Positions 61,901 to 64,000 of a DNA stretch of 64,000 bases are shown in pieces (position 1 is the first letter of the stretch; every line of letters starts with the position of its first letter). The notes below the pieces were generated by a model that saw only the letters and a program-made list of their open reading frames with translations, did no database searches and was not told where the DNA came from. The DNA is from Eledone cirrhosa (taxonomy: Eukaryota): the NCBI GenBank assembly GCA_964016885.1, contig OZ024741.1, positions 224,750,001-224,814,000 on the forward strand. The letters are read 5' to 3'. Position numbers and translations under genes: made by a program.

Positions 61901-64000
61901 GTTGTTGATTGGTTGGGGTTTGTGGTGGTTAGTATTGTTGTTGATTGGTTGGGGTTTGTGGTGGTTAGAATTGTTGTTGATTGGTTGGGGTTTGTGGTGG
62001 TTAGTATTGTTGTTGATTGGGTGGGGTTTGTGGTGGTTAGTATTGTTGTTGTTGATTAGTTGGGGTTTGTGTTGGTTAGTATTGTTGTTGTTGATTGGTT
62101 GGGGTTTGTGGTGGTTAGTATTTTTGTTGTTGATTGGTTGGGGTTTGTGGTGGTTAGTATTGCTGTTGTTGATTGGTTGGGGTTTGTGGTGATTAGTATT
62201 GTTGTTGTTGATTAGTTGGGGTTTGTGGTGGTTAGTATTGTTGTTGTTGATTGGTTGGGGTTTGTGGTGGTTAGTATTGTTGTTGTTGATTAGTTGGGGT
62301 TAGTGGTGGTTAGTATTGTTGTTGTTGATTGGTTGGGGTTTGTGGTGGTTGTTATTGTTGTTGTTGATTGGTTGGGGTTTGTGGTGGTTAGTATTATTGT
62401 TGTTGATTAGTTAGGGTTTGTGGTGGTTAGTATTGTTGTTGGTGATTGGTTGGGGTTTGTGGTGGTTAGTATTGTTGTTGTTGATTGGTTGGGGTTGGTA
62501 GTGGTTAGTATTGTTGTTGTTGATTGGTTGGGGTTTGTGGTTATTAGTATTGTTGTTGTTGATTGGTTGTGGTTTGTGGTGGTTAGAATTGTTGTTGTTG
62601 ATTAGTTGGGGTTAGTGGTGGTTAGTATTGTTGTTGTTGATTGGTTGGGTTTTGTGGTGGTTAGTATTGTTGTTGATTGGTTGGTTGGAGTTTGTGGTGG
62701 TTAGTATTGTTGTTGTTGATTGGTTGGGGTTTGTGGTGGTTAGTATTGTTGTTGTTGATTGGTTGGGGTTGGTGGTGGTTAGTATTGTTGTCATTGATTG
62801 GTTGGGATTTGTGGTGGTTAGTATTGTTGTTGTTGATTAGTTGGGGTTTGTGGTGGTTAGTATTGTTGTTGTTGATTGGCTGGGGTTTGTGGTGGTTAGT
62901 ATTGTTGTTGTTGATTGGTTGGGGTTGGAGGTGGTTAGTATTGTTGTTGTTGATTGGTTGGGGTTTGTGGTGGTTGTTATTGTTGTTGTTGATTGGTTGG
63001 GGTTTGTGGTGGTTTGTATTGTTGTTGTTGATTAGTTAGGGTTTGTGGTGGTTAGTATTGTTGTTGGTGATTGGTTGGGGTTTGTGGTGGTTAGTATTGT
63101 TGTTGTTGATTGGTTGGGGTTGGCAGTGGTTAGTATTGTTGTTGTTGATTGGTTGGGGTTTGTGGTTATTAGTATTGTTGTTGTTGATTGGTTGGGGTTT
63201 GTGGTGGTTAGTATTGTTGTTGTTGATTGGTTGGGTTTTGTGGTGGTTAGTATTGTTGTTGTTGATCGTTGGGGTTGGTGGTGGTTAGTGTTGTTGTTGA
63301 TTGGTTGGGGTTGGTGATGGTTAGTATTGTTGTTGTTGATTGGTAGGGGTTTGTGGTGGTTCGTATTGTTGTTGTTGATTGGTTGGGGTTTGTGGTGGTT
63401 AGTATTGTTGTTGTTGATTGGTTGGGGTTGGTGGTGGTTAGTATTGTTGTTGTTGATTGGTTGGGGTTTGAGGTGGTTAGTATTGTTGTTGTTGTTGATT
63501 AGCTGGGGTTTGTGGTGGTTAGTATTGTTGTTGGTGATTGGTTGGGGTTTGTGGTGGTTAGTATTGTTGTTGTTGATTGGTTGGGTTTGGTAGTGGTTAG
63601 TATTGTTGTTGTTGATTGGTTGGGGTTTGTGGTTATTAGTATTGTTGTTGTTGATTGGTTGGGGTTTGTGGTGGTTAGTATTGTTGTTGTTGATTGGTTG
63701 GTGTTTGTGGTGGTTAGTATTTTTGTTGGTGATTGGTTGGGGTTTGTGGTGGTTAGTATTGTTGGTGGTGATTGGTTGGTGTTTGGTGGTTAGTATTGTT
63801 GTTGTCGATTGGTTGGGGTTGGTAGTGGTTAGTATTTTTGTTGTTGATTGGTTGGGGTTTGTGGTGGTTAGTATTGTTGTTGTTGATTGGTTGGGGTTTG
63901 TGGTGGTTAGTATTGTTGTTTTTGATTGGTTGACGTTTGTGGTGGTTAGTATTGTTGTTGTTGATTGGTTGGGGTTTGTGGTGGTTAGTATTGTTGTTGT
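13966..64000. repeat. 39-bp satellite array, consensus GATTGGTTGGGGTTTGTGGTGGTTAGTATTGTTGTTGTT, ~50 kb (roughly 1,300 units), running off the window end
   Basis: Unit read directly; 13-aa periodicity in all ORFs (DWLGFVVVSIVVV); length variants of 35, 36, 40 and 42 bp. Confidence 0.98.
25894..37922. repeat. Tandem duplication of a ~6,073-bp block within the satellite
   Basis: Identical ORF pairs offset by 6073 (26047/32120, 26434/32507, 29000/35073, 30543/36616) and then by 5956 (31624/37580, 31773/37729). Confidence 0.92.

Noticed and set aside
13966-64000. Giant mucin-like exon (minus-strand TTTILTTTNPNQS), N/H-rich protein (NNNNTNHHKPQPI) or W/L/V membrane protein (plus strand) encoded by the 39-bp repeat
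   Set aside because: Frequent 35- and 40-bp units shift the frame without compensation. The common GATTAG variant makes stops in the Thr-rich frame and in the DWLGF frame. No unique flanking coding sequence was found.
13966-64000. CRISPR-like array or an encoded variable-cassette system
   Set aside because: There are no unique spacers. Variation is point substitution and slippage propagated by block duplication, in a eukaryotic context.

Overview
Eukaryotic, repeat-dominated, gene-free window, probably from a coleoid cephalopod (Octopus-like). That assignment is inferred from a tRNA-derived SINE and the very dense AT/AC/ACAT microsatellites. Positions 1 to ~13,950 are a mosaic of microsatellites and decayed mobile elements. 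These include three R4/Dong-clade (restriction-like endonuclease, REL) non-LTR retrotransposon copies that all sit inside (TACA)n tracts; the longest has its RT core deleted. There is also an internally deleted DD41D Tc1/mariner, a Penelope-like GIY-YIG fragment, several minimal type I hammerhead ribozyme motifs, a ~420-bp near-perfect palindrome carrying a hammerhead-like motif in each arm, a SINE and a possible solo LTR. Positions ~13,966-64,000 are one uninterrupted 39-bp, extremely strand-asymmetric (G/T-rich) satellite with telomere-like hexamers and nested higher-order duplications (195 bp, ~1 kb, ~2.6 kb, 6,073 bp). No intact host protein-coding gene is supported; nearly all ORFs in the track are translations of repeats.
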